A stretch of 64,000 bases of DNA from Octopus vulgaris (Eukaryota): assembly GCA_951406725.2 (NCBI GenBank), contig OX597818.1:71176001-71240000 (forward strand), given 5' to 3'. Shown piece by piece: positions 11,791 through 24,900 of this stretch. A model generated the notes under the pieces. That model saw nothing but the letters and a program-made list of their open reading frames with translations, had not been told where the DNA came from and made no database searches. A program made the translations under genes and the position numbers. Each line of letters opens with the position of its first letter. Within the stretch, counting starts at the first letter, position 1.

Positions 11791-14700
11791 CAGCTCTCAA
11801 TCTCTCTTCATTCTCTTCTTTCCAACTCTCCACTTTCAGCTCTCAATCTCTCTTTAAGCACATAGACGCTTTCTTTCTCTCTTTCAGCTCTCAATCTCTC
11901 TTTAAGTACACATAGACGCTTTCTTTTCTCTTTCACTCTCAATCTCTCTTTTAAGCACATAGACGCTTTTCTCTTCTTTCAGCTCTCAATCTCTTCTTCT
12001 AGACGCTTTCTTTCTCCTCTTTCAGCTCTCAATCTCTCTTTAAGCACATAGACGCTTTCTTTCTCTTCTTTCAGCTCTCAATCTCTCTTTAAGCACATAG
12101 ACGCTTTCTTCTTTCTCTTCAGCTCTCAATCTCTCTTTAAGCACATAGACGCTTTCTTTCTCTCTTTCAGCTCTCAATCTCTTTAAACATCGCTTCTTTC
12201 TCTTCTTTCTAATCTCTTCTCCTTTTTCTTTCAGCTCTCAATCTCTCTTTAAGCACATAGACGCTTTCTTTCTCTTCTTTCAGCTCAAAATCTCTTTAAG
12301 CACATAGACGCTTTCTTTCTCTTCATTCAGCTCTCAATCTCTCTTTAAGTACATAGACGCTTTCTTTCTCTTCTTTCAGCTCTCAAGCTCTCTTTAAGCA
12401 CATACACGCTTTCTTTCTCTTCTTTCAGCTCTCAATCTCTCTTTGAGCACATAGACGCTTTCTTTCTCCTCTTTCAGCTCTCAATCCCTCTTTAAGCACA
12501 TAGACGCTTTCTTTCTCTTCTTTCAGCTCTCAATCTCTCTTTAAGCACAAAGACGCTTTCTTTCTCCTCTTTCAGCTCTCAAGCTCTCTTCTTTCTTTTC
12601 TTTCTTACTCTCTTTTCAGCTCTCAATCTCTCTTTAAGCACATAGACGCTTTCTTTCTCTTCTTTCAGCTCTCAATCTCTCTTTAAGTACATAGACGCTT
12701 TCTTTCTCTCTTTCAGCTCTCAATCTCTCTTTAAGACATAGACGCTTTCTTTCTCTTTTTCAGCTCTCAATCTCTTTTAAGTCATAGACGCTTTCTTTCT
12801 CTTCTTTCAGCTCTCAATCTCTTTTAAGCACATAGACGCTTTCTTTCTCTTTCAGCTCTCAATCTCTTTGACATAACGCTTTCTTTCTCTTCTTTCAGCT
12901 CTCAATCTCTCTTTAAGCACATAGACGCTTTCTTTCTCTTCTTTCAGCTCTCAATCTCTCTTTAAGCACATAGACGCTTTCTTTCTCTTCTTTCAGCTCT
13001 CAATCTCTCTTTAAGCACATAGACGCTTTCTTTCTTTCTTTCAGCTCTCAATCTCTCTTTAAGCACATAGACGCTTTCTTTCTCTTCTTTCAGCTCTCAA
13101 TCTCTCTTTAAGCACATAGACGCTTTCTTTCTCTTCTTTCAGCTCTCAATCTCTCTTTAAGCACATAGACGCTTTCTTTCTCTTCTTTCAGCTCTCAATC
13201 TCTCTTTAAGACATAGACGCTTTCTTTCTCTTCTTTCAGCTCTCAATCTCTCTTTAAGCACATAGACGCTTTCTTTCTCTTCTTTCAGCTCTCAATCTCT
13301 CTTTAAGTACATAGACGCTTTCTTTCTCTTCTTTCAGCTCTCAATCTCTACGTACATAGACGCTTTCTTTCTCTTCTTTCAGCTCTCAATCTCTATTTAC
13401 GTACATAGACGCTTTTTTTCTCTTCTTTCAACTCTCAATCTCTCTTTAAGTACATAGCCGCTTTCTTTCTCTTCTTTCAGCTCTCAATCTCTCTTTAAGT
13501 ACATAGACGCTTTCTTTCTCTTCTTTCAGCTCTCAATCTCTCTTTAAGCACATAGACGCTTTCTTTCTCTTCTTTCAGCTCTCAATCTCTCTTTAAGCAC
13601 ATAGACGCTTTCTTTCTCTTCTTTCAGCTCTCAATCTCTCTTTAAGCACATAGACGCTTTCTTTCTCTTCTTTCAGCTCTCAATCTCTCTTTAAGTACAT
13701 AGACGCTTTCTCTTCTTTCAGCTCTCAATCTCTCTTTAAGCACATAGACGCTTTCTTTCTCTTCTTTCAGCTCTCAATCTCTCTTTAAGTACATAGACGC
13801 TTTCTTTCTCTTCTTTCAGCTCTCAATCTCTCTTTAAGCACATAGACGCTTTCTTTCTCTTCTTTCAGCTCTCAATCTCTTTTAAGCTCATAGACGCTTT
13901 CTTTCTCTTCTTTCAGCTCTCAATCTCTCTTTAAGTACATAGACGCTTTCTTTCTCTTCTTTCAGCTCTCAATCTCTCTTTAAGCACATAGACGCTTTCT
14001 TTCTCTTCTTTCAGCTCTCAATCTCTCTTTAAGCACATAGACGCTTTCTTTCTCTTCTTTCAGCTCTCAATCTCTCTTTAAGTACATAGACGCTTTCTTT
14101 CTCTTCTTTCAGCTCTCATTCTCTCTTTAAGTACATAGACGCTTTCTTTCTCTTCTTTCAGTTCTCAATCTCTCTTTAAGCACATAGACGCTTTCTTTCT
14201 CTTCTTTCAGCTCTCAATCTCTCTTTAAGTACATAGACGCTTTCTTTCTCTTCTTTCAGCTCTCAATCTCTCTTTAAGCACATAGACGCTTTCTTTCTCT
14301 TCTTTCAGCTCTCAATCTCTCTTTAAGTACATAGACGCTTTCTTTCTCTTCTTTCAGCTCTCAATCTCTCTTTAAGCACATAGACGCTTTCTTTCTCTTC
14401 TTTCAGCTCTCAATCTCTCTTTAAGCACATAGAAGCTTTCTTTCTCTTCTTTCAGCTCTCAATCTCTCTTTAAGCACATAGACGCTTTCTTTCTCTTCTT
14501 TCAGCTCTCAATCTCTCTTTAAGCACATAGACGCTTTCTTTCTCTTCTTTCAGCTCTCAATCTCTCTTTAAGCACATAGACGCTTTCTTTCTCTTCTTTC
14601 AGCTCTCAATCTCTCTTAAGCACATAGACGCTTTCTTTCTCTTCTTTCAGCTCTCAATCTCTCTTTAAGCACATAGACGCTTTCTTTCTCTTCTTTCAGC

Positions 14701-17700
14701 TCTCAATCTCCTTTAAGCACATAGACGCTTTCTTTCTCTTCTTTCAGCTCTCAATCTCTCTTTAAGCACATAGACGCTTTCTTTCTCTTCTTTCAGCTCT
14801 CAATCTCTCTTTAAGCACATAGACGCTTTCTTTCTCTTCTTTCAGCTCTCAATCTCTTTAAGCACATAGACGCTTTCTTTCTCTTCTTTCAGCTCTCAAT
14901 CTCTCTTTAAGCACATAGACGCTTTCTTTCTCTTCTTTCAGCTCTCAATCTCTTTTAAGCACATAGACGCTTTCTTTCTCTTCTTTCAGCTCTCAATCTC
15001 TCTTTAAGTACATAGACGCTTTCTTTCTCTTCTTTCAGCTCTCAATCTCTCTTTAAGCACATAGACGCTTTCTTTCTCTTCTTTCAGCTCTCAATCTCTC
15101 TTTAAGCACATAGACGCTTTCTTCTCTTCTTTCAGCTCTCAATCTCTCTTTAAGCACATAGACGCTTTCTTTCTCTTCTTTCAGCTCTCAATCTCTCTTT
15201 AAGCACATAGACGCTTTCTTTCTCTTCTTTCAGCTCTCAATCTCTCTTTAAGCACATAGACGCTTTCTTTCTCTTCTTTCAGCTCATAGACGCTTTCTTT
15301 CTCTTCTTTCAGCTCTCAATCTCTCTTTAAGACATAGACGCTTTCTTCTCTTCTTTCAGCTCTCAATCTCTCTTTAAGCACATAGACGCTTTCTTTCTCT
15401 TCTTTCAGCTCTCAATCTCTCTTTAAGCACATAGACGCTTTCTTTCTCTTCTTTCAGCTCTCAATCTCTCTTTTAGCTCATAGACGCTTTCTTTCTCTTC
15501 TTTCAGCTCTCAATCTCTCTTTAAGTACATAGACGCTTTCTTTCTCTTCTTTCAGCTCTCAATCTCTCTTTAGTACATAGACGCTTTCTTTCTCTTCTTT
15601 CAGCTCTCAATCTCTCTTTAAGCACATAGACGCTTTTCTCTTCAGCTCTCAATCTCTCTTTAAGTACATAGACGCTTTCTTTCTCTTCTTTCAGCTCTCA
15701 ATCTCTCTTTAAGCACATAGACGCTTTCTTTCTCTTCTTTCAGCTCTCAATCTCTCTTTAAGCACATAGACGCTTTCTTTCTCTTCTTTCAGCTCTCAAT
15801 CTCTCTTTAAGCACATAGACGCTTTCTTTCTCTTCTTTCAGCTCTCAATCTCTCTTTAAGTACATAGACGCTTTCTTTCTCTTCTTCTCAGCTCTCAATC
15901 TCTTTAAGTACATAGACGCTTTCTTTCTCTTCTTTCAGCTCTCAATCTCTCTTAAGTACATAGACGCTTTCTTTCTCTTCTTTCAGCTCTCAATCTCTCT
16001 TTAAGCACATAGACGCTTTCTTTCTCTTCTTTCAGCTCTCAATCTCTCTTTAAGTACATAGACGCTTTCTTTCTTCTTTCAGCTCTCAATCTCTCTTTAA
16101 AGTACATAGACGCTTTCTTTCTCTTCTTCAGCTCTCAATCTCTCTTTAAGTACATAGACGCTTTCTTTCTCTTCTTTCAGCTCTCAATCTCTTTAAGTAC
16201 ATAGACGCTTTCTTTCTCTTCTTTCAGCTCTCAATCTCTCTTTAGCTTTTAAGTACATAGACGCTTTCTTTCTCTTCTTTCAGCTCTCAATCTCTCTTTA
16301 AGCCATAGACGCTTTCTTTCTCTTCTTTCAGCTCTCAATCTCTCTTTAAGTACATAGACGCTTTCTTTCTCTTCTTTCAGCTCTCAATCTCTCTTTAAGT
16401 ACATAGACGCTTTCTTTTTCTTCTTTCAGCTCTCAATCTCTTTAAGCACATAGACGCTTTCTTTCTCTTCTTTCAGCTCTCAATCTCTTCTTCTCAATCT
16501 TTAAGTACATAGACGCTTTCTTTCTCTTCTTTCAGCTCTCAATCTCTCTTTAAGTACATAGACGCTTTCTTTCTCTTCTTTCAGCTCTCAATCTCTCTTT
16601 AAGCATAGACGCTTTCTTTCTCTTCTTTCAGCTCTCAATCTCTCTTTAAGTACATAGACGCTTTCTTTCTCTTCTTTCAGCTCTCAATCTCTCTTTAAGT
16701 ACATAGACGCTTTCTTTTCTTCTTTCAGCTCTCAATCTCTCTTTAAGTACATAGACGCTTTCTTTCTCTTCTTTCAGCTCTCAATCTCTCTTTAAGTACA
16801 TAGACGCTTTCTTTCTCTTCTTTCAGCTCTCAATCTCTCTTTAAGTACATAGACGCTTTCTTTCTCTTCTTTCAGCTCTCAATCTCTCTTTAAGCACATA
16901 GACGCTTTCTTTCTCTTCTTTCAGCTCTCAATCTCTCTTTAAGCACATAGACGCTTTCTTTCTCTTCTTTCAGCTCTCAATCTCTCTTTAAGCACATAGA
17001 CGCTTTCTTTCTCTTTCTTTCAGCTCTCAATCTCTCTTTAAGCACATAGACGCTTTCTTTCTCTTCTTTCAGCTCTCAATCTCTCTTTAAGCACATAGAC
17101 GCTTTCTTTCTCTTCTTTCAGCTCTCAATCTCTCTTTAAGCACATAGACGCTTTCTTTCTCTTCTTTCAGCTCTCAATCTCTCTTTAAGTACATAGACGC
17201 TTTCTTTCTCTTCTTTCAGCTCTCAATCTCTCTTTAAGTACATAGACGCTTTCTTTCTCTTCTTTCAGCTCTCAATCTCTCTTTAAGTACATAGACGCTT
17301 TCTTTCTCTTCTTTCAGCTCTCAATCTCTCTTTAAGCACATAGACGCTTTCTTTCTTCTTCTTTCAGCTCTCAATCTCTTTAAGCACATAGACGCTTTCT
17401 TTCTCTTCTTTCAGCTCTCAATCTCTCTTTAAGTACATAGACGCTTTCTTTCTCTTCTTTCAGCTCAATCTCTCTTTAAGTACATAGACGCTTTCTTTCT
17501 CTTCTTTCAGCTCTCAATCTCTCTTTAAGCACATAGACGCTTTCTTTCTCTTCTTTCAGCTCTCAATCTCTCTTTAAGCTAGACGCTTTCTTTCTCTTCT
17601 TCAGCTCTCAATCTCTCTTTAAGACATAGACGCTTTCTTTCTCTTCTTTCAGCTCTCAATCTCTCTTTAAGTACATAGACGCTTTCTTTCTCTTCTTTCA

Positions 17701-20700
17701 GCTCTCAATCTCTCTTTAAGTACATAGACGCTTTCTTTCTCTTCTTTCAGCTCTCAGCTCTCATCTCTCTTTTAAGCACATAGACGCTTTCTTTCTCTCT
17801 CTTTTTAACAGCTCTCAATCTCTCTTTAACACATAGACGCTTTCTTTCTCTTCTTTCAGCTCTCAATCTCTCTTTAAGCACGTAGACGCTTTCTTTCTCT
17901 TCTTTCAGCTCTCAATCTCTCTTTAAGCACGTAGACGCTTTCTTTCTCTTCTTTCAGCTCTCAATCTCTCTATAAGTACATAGACGCTTTCTTTCTCTTC
18001 TTTCAGCTCTCAATCTCTCTTTAAGCACGTAGACGCTTTCTTTCTCTTTCTTTCAGCTCTCAATCTCTCTTTAAGTACATAGACGCTTTCTTTCTCTTCT
18101 TTCAGCTCTCAATCTCTCTTTAAGCACATAGACGCTTTCTTTCTCTTCTTTCAGCTCTCAATCTCTTTAAGCACATAGATTTTTCTCTTCTTTCAGCTCT
18201 CAATCTCTCTTTAAGTACATAGACGCTTTCTTTCTTCTTCTTCTCAGCTTTCTCTCTTTCAGCTCTCAATCTCTCTTTAGCACATAGACGCTTTCTTTCT
18301 CTTCTTTCAGCTCTCAATCTCTCTTTAAGCATAGACGCTTTCTTTCTCTTCTTTCAGCTCTCAATCTCTTTTAGCACATAGACGCTTTCTTTCTCTTCTT
18401 TCAGCTCTCAATCTCTCTTTAAGACATAGACGCTTTCTTTCTCTTCTTTCAGCTCTCAATCTCTCTTTAAGTACATAGACGCTTTCTTTCTCTCTTTCAG
18501 CTCTCAATCTCTCTTTAAGCACATAGACGCTTTCTTTCTCTTCTTTCAGCTCTCAATCTCTCTAAGACATAGACGCTTTCTTCTCTTCTTTCAGCTCTCA
18601 ATCTCTCTTTAAGCACATAGACGCTTTCTTCTCTTCTTTCAGCTCTCAATCTCTCTTTAAGTACATAGACGCTTTCTTTCTCTTCTTTCAGCTCTCAATC
18701 TCTCTTTAAGCACATAGACGCTTTCTTTCTCTTCTTTCAGCTCTCAATCTCTCTTTAAGCACATAGACGCTTTCTTTCTCTTCTTTCAGCTCTCAATCTC
18801 TCTTTAAGCACATAGACGCTTTCTTTCTTTCTCTAATCTTTTTAGCTTTCTTTCTCTTCTTTCAGCTCTCAATCTCTCTTTAAGCACATAGACGCTTTCT
18901 TTCTCTTCTTTCAGCTCTCAATCTCTCTTTAAGCACATAGACGCTTTCTTTTTCTTTCTTTCAGCTCTCAATCTCTCTTTAAGCACATAGACGCTTTCTT
19001 TCTCTTCTTTCAGCTCTCAATCTCTCTTTAAGCACATAGACGCTTTCTTTCTCTTCTTTCAGCTCTCAATCTCTCTTTAAGCACATAGACGCTTTCTTTC
19101 TCTTCTTTCAGCTCTCAATCTCTCTTTAAGCACATAGACGCTTTCTTTCTCTTCTTTCAGCTCTCAATCTCTCTTTAAGCACATAGACGCTTTCTTTCTC
19201 TCTTTCAGCTCTCAATCCCTCTTTAAGCACATAGACGCTTTCTTTCTCTTCTTTCAGCTCTCAATCTCTCTTTAAGTACATAGACGCTTTCTTTCTCTTC
19301 TTTCAGCTCTCAATCTCTCTTTAAGTACATAGACGCTTTCTTTCTCTTCTTTCAGCTCTCAATCTCTCTTTAAGTACATAGACGCTTTCTTTCTCTTCTT
19401 TCAGCTCTCAATCTCTCTTTAATTACATAGACGCTTTTCTTTCTCTTCTTTCAGCTCTCAATCTCTCTTTAAGCACATAGACGCTTTCTTTCTCTTCTTT
19501 CAGCTCTCAATCTCTATTTACGTACATAGACGCTTTTTTTCTCTTCTTTCAGCTCTCAATCTCTCTTTAAGTACATAGACTCTTTCTTTCTCTTCTTTCA
19601 GCTCTCAATCTCTCTTTAAGTACATAGAAGCTTTCTTTCTCTTCTTTCAGCTCTCAATCTCTACGTACATAGACGCTTTCTTTCTCTTCTTTCAGCTCTC
19701 AAACTCTCTTTAAGCACATAGACGCTTTCTTTCTCTTCTTTCAGCTCTCAATCTCTCTTTAAGCACATAGACGCTTTCTTTCTCTTCTTTCAGCTCTCAA
19801 TCTCTCTTTAAGCACATAGACGCTTTCTTTCTCTTCTTTCAGCTCTCAATCTCTCTTTAAGCACATAGACGCTTTCTTTCTCTTCTTTCAGCTCTCAATC
19901 TCTCTTTATGTACATAGACGCTTTCATTCTCTTCTTTCAACTCTCAATCTCTCTTTAAGCACATAGACGCTTTCTTTCTCTTCTTTCAGCTCTCAATCTC
20001 TCTTTAAGCACATAGACGCTTTCTTTCTCCTCTTTCAGCTCTCAATCTCTCTTTATGTACATAGACGCTTTCTTTCTCTTCTTTCAGCTCTCAATCTCTC
20101 TTTAAGCACATAGACGCTTTCTTTCTCTTCTTTCAGCTCTCAATCCCTCTTTAAGCACATAGACGCTTTCTTTCTCTTCTTTCAGCTCTCAATCTCTCTT
20201 TAAGCACAAAGACGCTTTCTTTCTCTTCTTTCAGCTCTCAATCTCTCTTTAAGCACATAGACGCTTCTTCCTCTTCTTTCAGCTCTCAATCTCTCTTTAA
20301 GCACAAAGACGCTTTCTTTCTCCTCTTTCAGCTCTCAAGCTCTCTTCTTTCTCTTCTTTCTTACTCTCCTGTTTCAGCTCTCAATCTCTCTTTAAGCACA
20401 TAGACGCTTTCTTTCTCTTCTTTCAGCTCTCAATCTCTCTTTAAGCACATAGACGCTTTCATTCTCCTCTTTCAGCTCTCAATCTCTCTTTATTACATAA
20501 ACGCTTTCTTTCTCTTCTTTCAGCTCTCAATCTCTATTTAGGTACATAGACGCTTTCTTTCTCCTCTTTCAGCTCTCAATCTCTCTTCTTTCTCTTCTTT
20601 CTTACTCTCCTCTTTCAGCTTTCAATCTCTCTTCTTTCAGCTCTCTTTAAGTACATAGACGCTTTCTTTCTCTTCTTTCAGCTCTCAATCTCTCTTCTTT

Positions 20701-20990
20701 CAGCTCTCAATCTCTCTTCTTTCAGCTCTCAATCTCTCTTCTTTCAGCTCTCAATCTCTCTTTAAGCACATAGACGCTTTCTTTCTCTTCTTTCAGCTCT
20801 CAATCTCTCTTTAAGCACATAGACGCTTTCTTTCTCTTCTTTTAGCTCTCAATCTCTCTTCTGTCTTGCTCTCCTCTTTCAGCTCTCAATCTCTCTTTAA
20901 GTACATAGACGCTTTCTTTCTGTTCTTTCAGCTCTCAATCTCTCGTCTTCCTCTTCTTTCTTACTCCCTTCTTTCGGCTCCCAATCTCTC
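11790..20990. repeat. 49-bp tandem satellite, ~185 copies
   Basis: Unit AGCTCTCAATCTCTCTTTAAG(C/T)ACATAGACGCTTTCTTTCTCTTCTTTC; period 49 (13501 vs 13550); degenerate edges. Confidence 0.97.
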
Positions 20991-21103
20991 TTTATGTACA
21001 TTGACGCTCTCTTTCTCTATTTCTTCCCTACCCCCTATTGCACTATTAAGTTAATATAAATTTATATAATTAGATAGATTGATAGATAGATAAAATATTA
21101 AGA

Positions 21104-21997
21104 ATGTCCAGAACCTGGAAAAGTGACGAATTGACGTTGTTTTTGAGAGGATGGCGATGCGCCGACGGAGATAATCCGAATAATATAATTACGGCTGCGC
21201 TGAAGAGCAGCGGATACAAACGGACGTTAGCTCAAATAGAACGGAAGAAGCAGGAGTTTATACGCTCCTATGCACTTATCAGATCGCACATTAACACGCT
21301 GGATGCCATCTTTGACAGCGAACAATGTAAAGATGGCAACGATGGAGACGCGGATGCTAATGAAAAAAGTCACCCCCACCTGGTAGACACCCAGGAAAAA
21401 AACTCCAGTGAGAAACCTGCCCGGGAAGTAAACCCAAGTGCAACTGCTCCTACCAGCACCAAAAGCCATGGAGATAAAAGAACCAAAAAAGGAGGAAAAA
21501 CTAAAACTAAAACTCAGGCAAAACCAAAAAATGAAACAGCCAAGGATAGAAGCAAACCTGACTATCCATATACCAAAAAGGATGGAAACAAACAGCGCAC
21601 ACGGGTGTGTAGGTTCTTTCTGAGAGGTGCCTGCTGGCTTGGAGAGGAAGGTTCAGGCTGCGCTTTTGCACATCCGGGACCCTGCCGCAGAGACACGAAA
21701 CAGGTCAGAAACCAACTACCGAAAGGAAAAGGGATGGACCACGCACCACCTGCCCCAAAACGGAAGTACACAGATGTGGTGCATGCCACAAACCGCCAAC
21801 GTGTTGTTGAAAGGACAGCTGCTGAACAAGAATCTTTTTTGTGCATGGCACAAAAGATTGTACAGCAGCTAACCTGGCTCCATCAAACTCAAGCTCGCAG
21901 ATGGGACTATCCACAGTTCACAAGACCACCACAGCAAATAGACCCAAGGTGGACACCACCGGCAACAGCATACACCTCACCTCGATGCTCCTACTGA
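21104..21997 (+). CDS. LINE family A ORF1: Myb/SANT-like (trihelix) N-terminus plus CCCH zinc finger
   Basis: W..DE..LFL..W...I..AL...GYKRT..QI..K......Y; CRFFLRGAC(x8)CAFAH; overlaps ORF2. Confidence 0.8.
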   Translation: MSRTWKSDELTLFLRGWRCADGDNPNNIITAALKSSGYKRTLAQIERKKQEFIRSYALIRSHINTLDAIFDSEQCKDGNDGDADANEKSHPHLVDTQEKNSSEKPAREVNPSATAPTSTKSHGDKRTKKGGKTKTKTQAKPKNETAKDRSKPDYPYTKKDGNKQRTRVCRFFLRGACWLGEEGSGCAFAHPGPCRRDTKQVRNQLPKGKGMDHAPPAPKRKYTDVVHATNRQRVVERTAAEQESFLCMAQKIVQQLTWLHQTQARRWDYPQFTRPPQQIDPRWTPPATAYTSPRCSY

Positions 21998-24900
21998 ACA
22001 TCAGAGGACTACTAACACACAGTAACAGGACAAAAATCCCGTTCTTGAGAGACTTTGTTGCATGCAATCAAGCCTTATGCATAGCACTTACAGAAACACG
22101 CCTGAAACCGGACGTAGCGGATGCGGAATTACACATACCACAGTATGTTGTACTACGGACCGACAGAAAAGAAAGGAGTCATGGAGGAGTTGCTATGTAC
22201 ATCCGCGAGGACTTCAAACCCCAGGTCCTTTTGTCATACTCAAACTCGGTGTGTGACACACTAATTGTACATGTAAGGCAACTTGGTGTACTTGTGTGTG
22301 CTACATATCGGCCTCCAGATGCCCCAAGCCATATAGGCAAGTTTGAAGACTGCCTTATAAAAATAGAAGAAGTTCTAGTCACACTAGAACAGCACATAAG
22401 TGTACTTCTCATGGGAGACTTCAATCTACCCAATGTCAGATGGCCCGAGGGCCTTTCTCTCCCAGGAATGACACGATGTGAACGGGGACAGGCGAGGTCC
22501 CACCTGAACCTCATCAACACCCTGTACATGGAGCAAGTAATACTCCAACCAACCAGGGCAGGTAACACACTGGATCTCTGCTTCACAAATAATATGGATC
22601 TCATCCATAATGTGAAAGTGACACCGACACTACTCTCGGATCACAACATGGTAGAGCTGACCATGTACGGGCCAAAGGAAAGCATGGACATGCAGCCTAC
22701 AAGAAACTCAGAATCTTTCCAGCTTGAACTTCAATAAGGCAAACTGGAAACAAATTGAGAAAGAGATCCTCAAACAAAACTGGCCTAAATGTCTCCGCCA
22801 GACATCGACATGAAACTTCAACAATTCATGTCTGTAATGCAAGCCATATGTTACAAATGTGTCCCAGAGAGAAAGGCCACTATACACAAGAACAAAATCC
22901 CCAGAGAGAGGAAAATTCTAATGAGACGGCGTACAAAAATCTCAAATCGCCTAAACAAACAAATTGAAAGCAGTGAAAAGTCCCGCCTGAAAATTAAACT
23001 GTTGGTAATTGAAAAATGTCTGCAACTCTCCCATGAAAAGGAAAGAGCAGACAAAGAAGCCTGGGCTATAGACAACATAAAATCTAACCCCAGAGCTTTC
23101 TACAGGTATGCCAAAGAAACAGCTACGGTGCACTGTAAGATAGGCCCACTCCTTGAAAGGGATGGCACACTCACAAGAAATCCAATGAGGGTAAGTGAAA
23201 TACTAAATGAGCAATTCAAGTGTGTTTTCACCCCACCCCTTGGGCATTTCCAAAACACCAATCCAACTGACTTCTTCACCACTACAGATATGGGGTCAGA
23301 GGCGGCGATGATTGATTACATCAATATAAAGGAAGACAATGTAATAAAGGCTATAGATGAGATAAAAACAAACTCAGCTACTGGCCCCGATGGATTCCCG
23401 GCAATCCTTCTAAAAGTATGTAAGAGAGTCCTAGCAAGACCACTGCAGTCTCTCTTTCAGAGCTTCCTTGCAACTGGCAAACTTTCAAGAAAACTGAAGG
23501 AAGGTAAAATATGCCCTATTCATAAAGGAGGTAGCAGAGCGGAGGCCAAGAACTACAGACCTATCTCTCTGACCTCACACATCAGCAAGGTCATGGAACG
23601 AATAGTCAGAAGGAAACTAATCACCTTCCTTGAAGAAAATGACTTGCTGCCTGACACCCAACATGGTTTCCGACCAGGAAGAAGCTGCTTAACTCAGCTC
23701 CTACAACACTATGACTGGGTGCTGAAACGACTGCTCAACCACTCAAATGTGGAAGTCATATATCTCGACTTTGCAAAGGCCTTTGATAAAGTCGATCATG
23801 GAATGATATGTCACAAACTGCGTGATCTTGGCATAGTTGGAAAATTGGGAGAATGGCTTCATGACTTTCTGAAGAATAGAAGTCAGGTGGTAGTAGCCAC
23901 AGTTCGTCATCCGGGACACCTGACAGGAAGAGATCCAGTCCTACTTTAAAGACATCCGCATCTACACCATGCAGGTCCCTCAGGTTCTTCAGGACGATAT
24001 TGAAGAGCTGTGGGCCTCTGAAGCCCAGGCTATCACAGTATCTTGTCCTATATCTTGATGGCAAATTTGGAGTCCTTGGTACCACGCAGTGGCACCCGGT
24101 TCTGGCATTTGTGTGACTCTCGATGCCAATCTATCGTTCCATTAACATGCAAATAGTGAGCGGTGTTCCGCAGGGCACTGTTTTGGGACCACTACTGTTC
24201 ATAATGGCTCTCTCAGACATGCCCTCAGCCATGCAGAGAACCCTGAGGACACTAAATATGAGCTGGACAAAATATACAAGTGGGCTGAAAAGAATAGCAT
24301 GCAGTTCAATGCTGAAAAGTTTCAAGCTTTATGCTATCAGCATGCAAAACTGAATGCAATACCCAATGAATACACTGGACCCGGAGGGATTGCAATCCCA
24401 GAGGCACAATCAGTGCGTGATCTGGGTATTCACATGAGTGATGACGCGACCTTTCATGTACATGTTGCTAAACTGGCAATGAAATGTAGACGGCTGGCCG
24501 GATGGATTCTTAGAACCTTTAGAACAAGAGAACAAGAAACCATGATGGTCCTCTGGAGGACACTTGTCCTAAGCCACTTTGACTATTGCTCTCAGCTATG
24601 GTCACCATCCAGTGTCAAGTTGATCACAGAACTTGAGGCGATTCAACGTAGCTACACGAAGAAGATAGCCTCTGTGCAGAATATAAGCTACTGGGAAAGA
24701 CTCAAGAGATTAAAACTCTATTCCTTGGAGTGTAGGCGAGAAAGATATGCCATAATATATATCTGGAAGATCCTGGAAGGATTTGTCCCAAACTTTGGCA
24801 TCGAGAGTCACACAAATGCCAGAACCGGGTGCCACTGCGTGGTACCAAGGACTCCAAATTTGCCATCAAGATATAGGACAAGATACTGTGATAGCCTGGG

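Noticed and set aside
11790-20990. CRISPR-like array or repeat protein (ORF 18120-18332)
   Set aside because: No unique spacers and no cas genes; the 49-bp unit is not a multiple of 3 and introduces stops.
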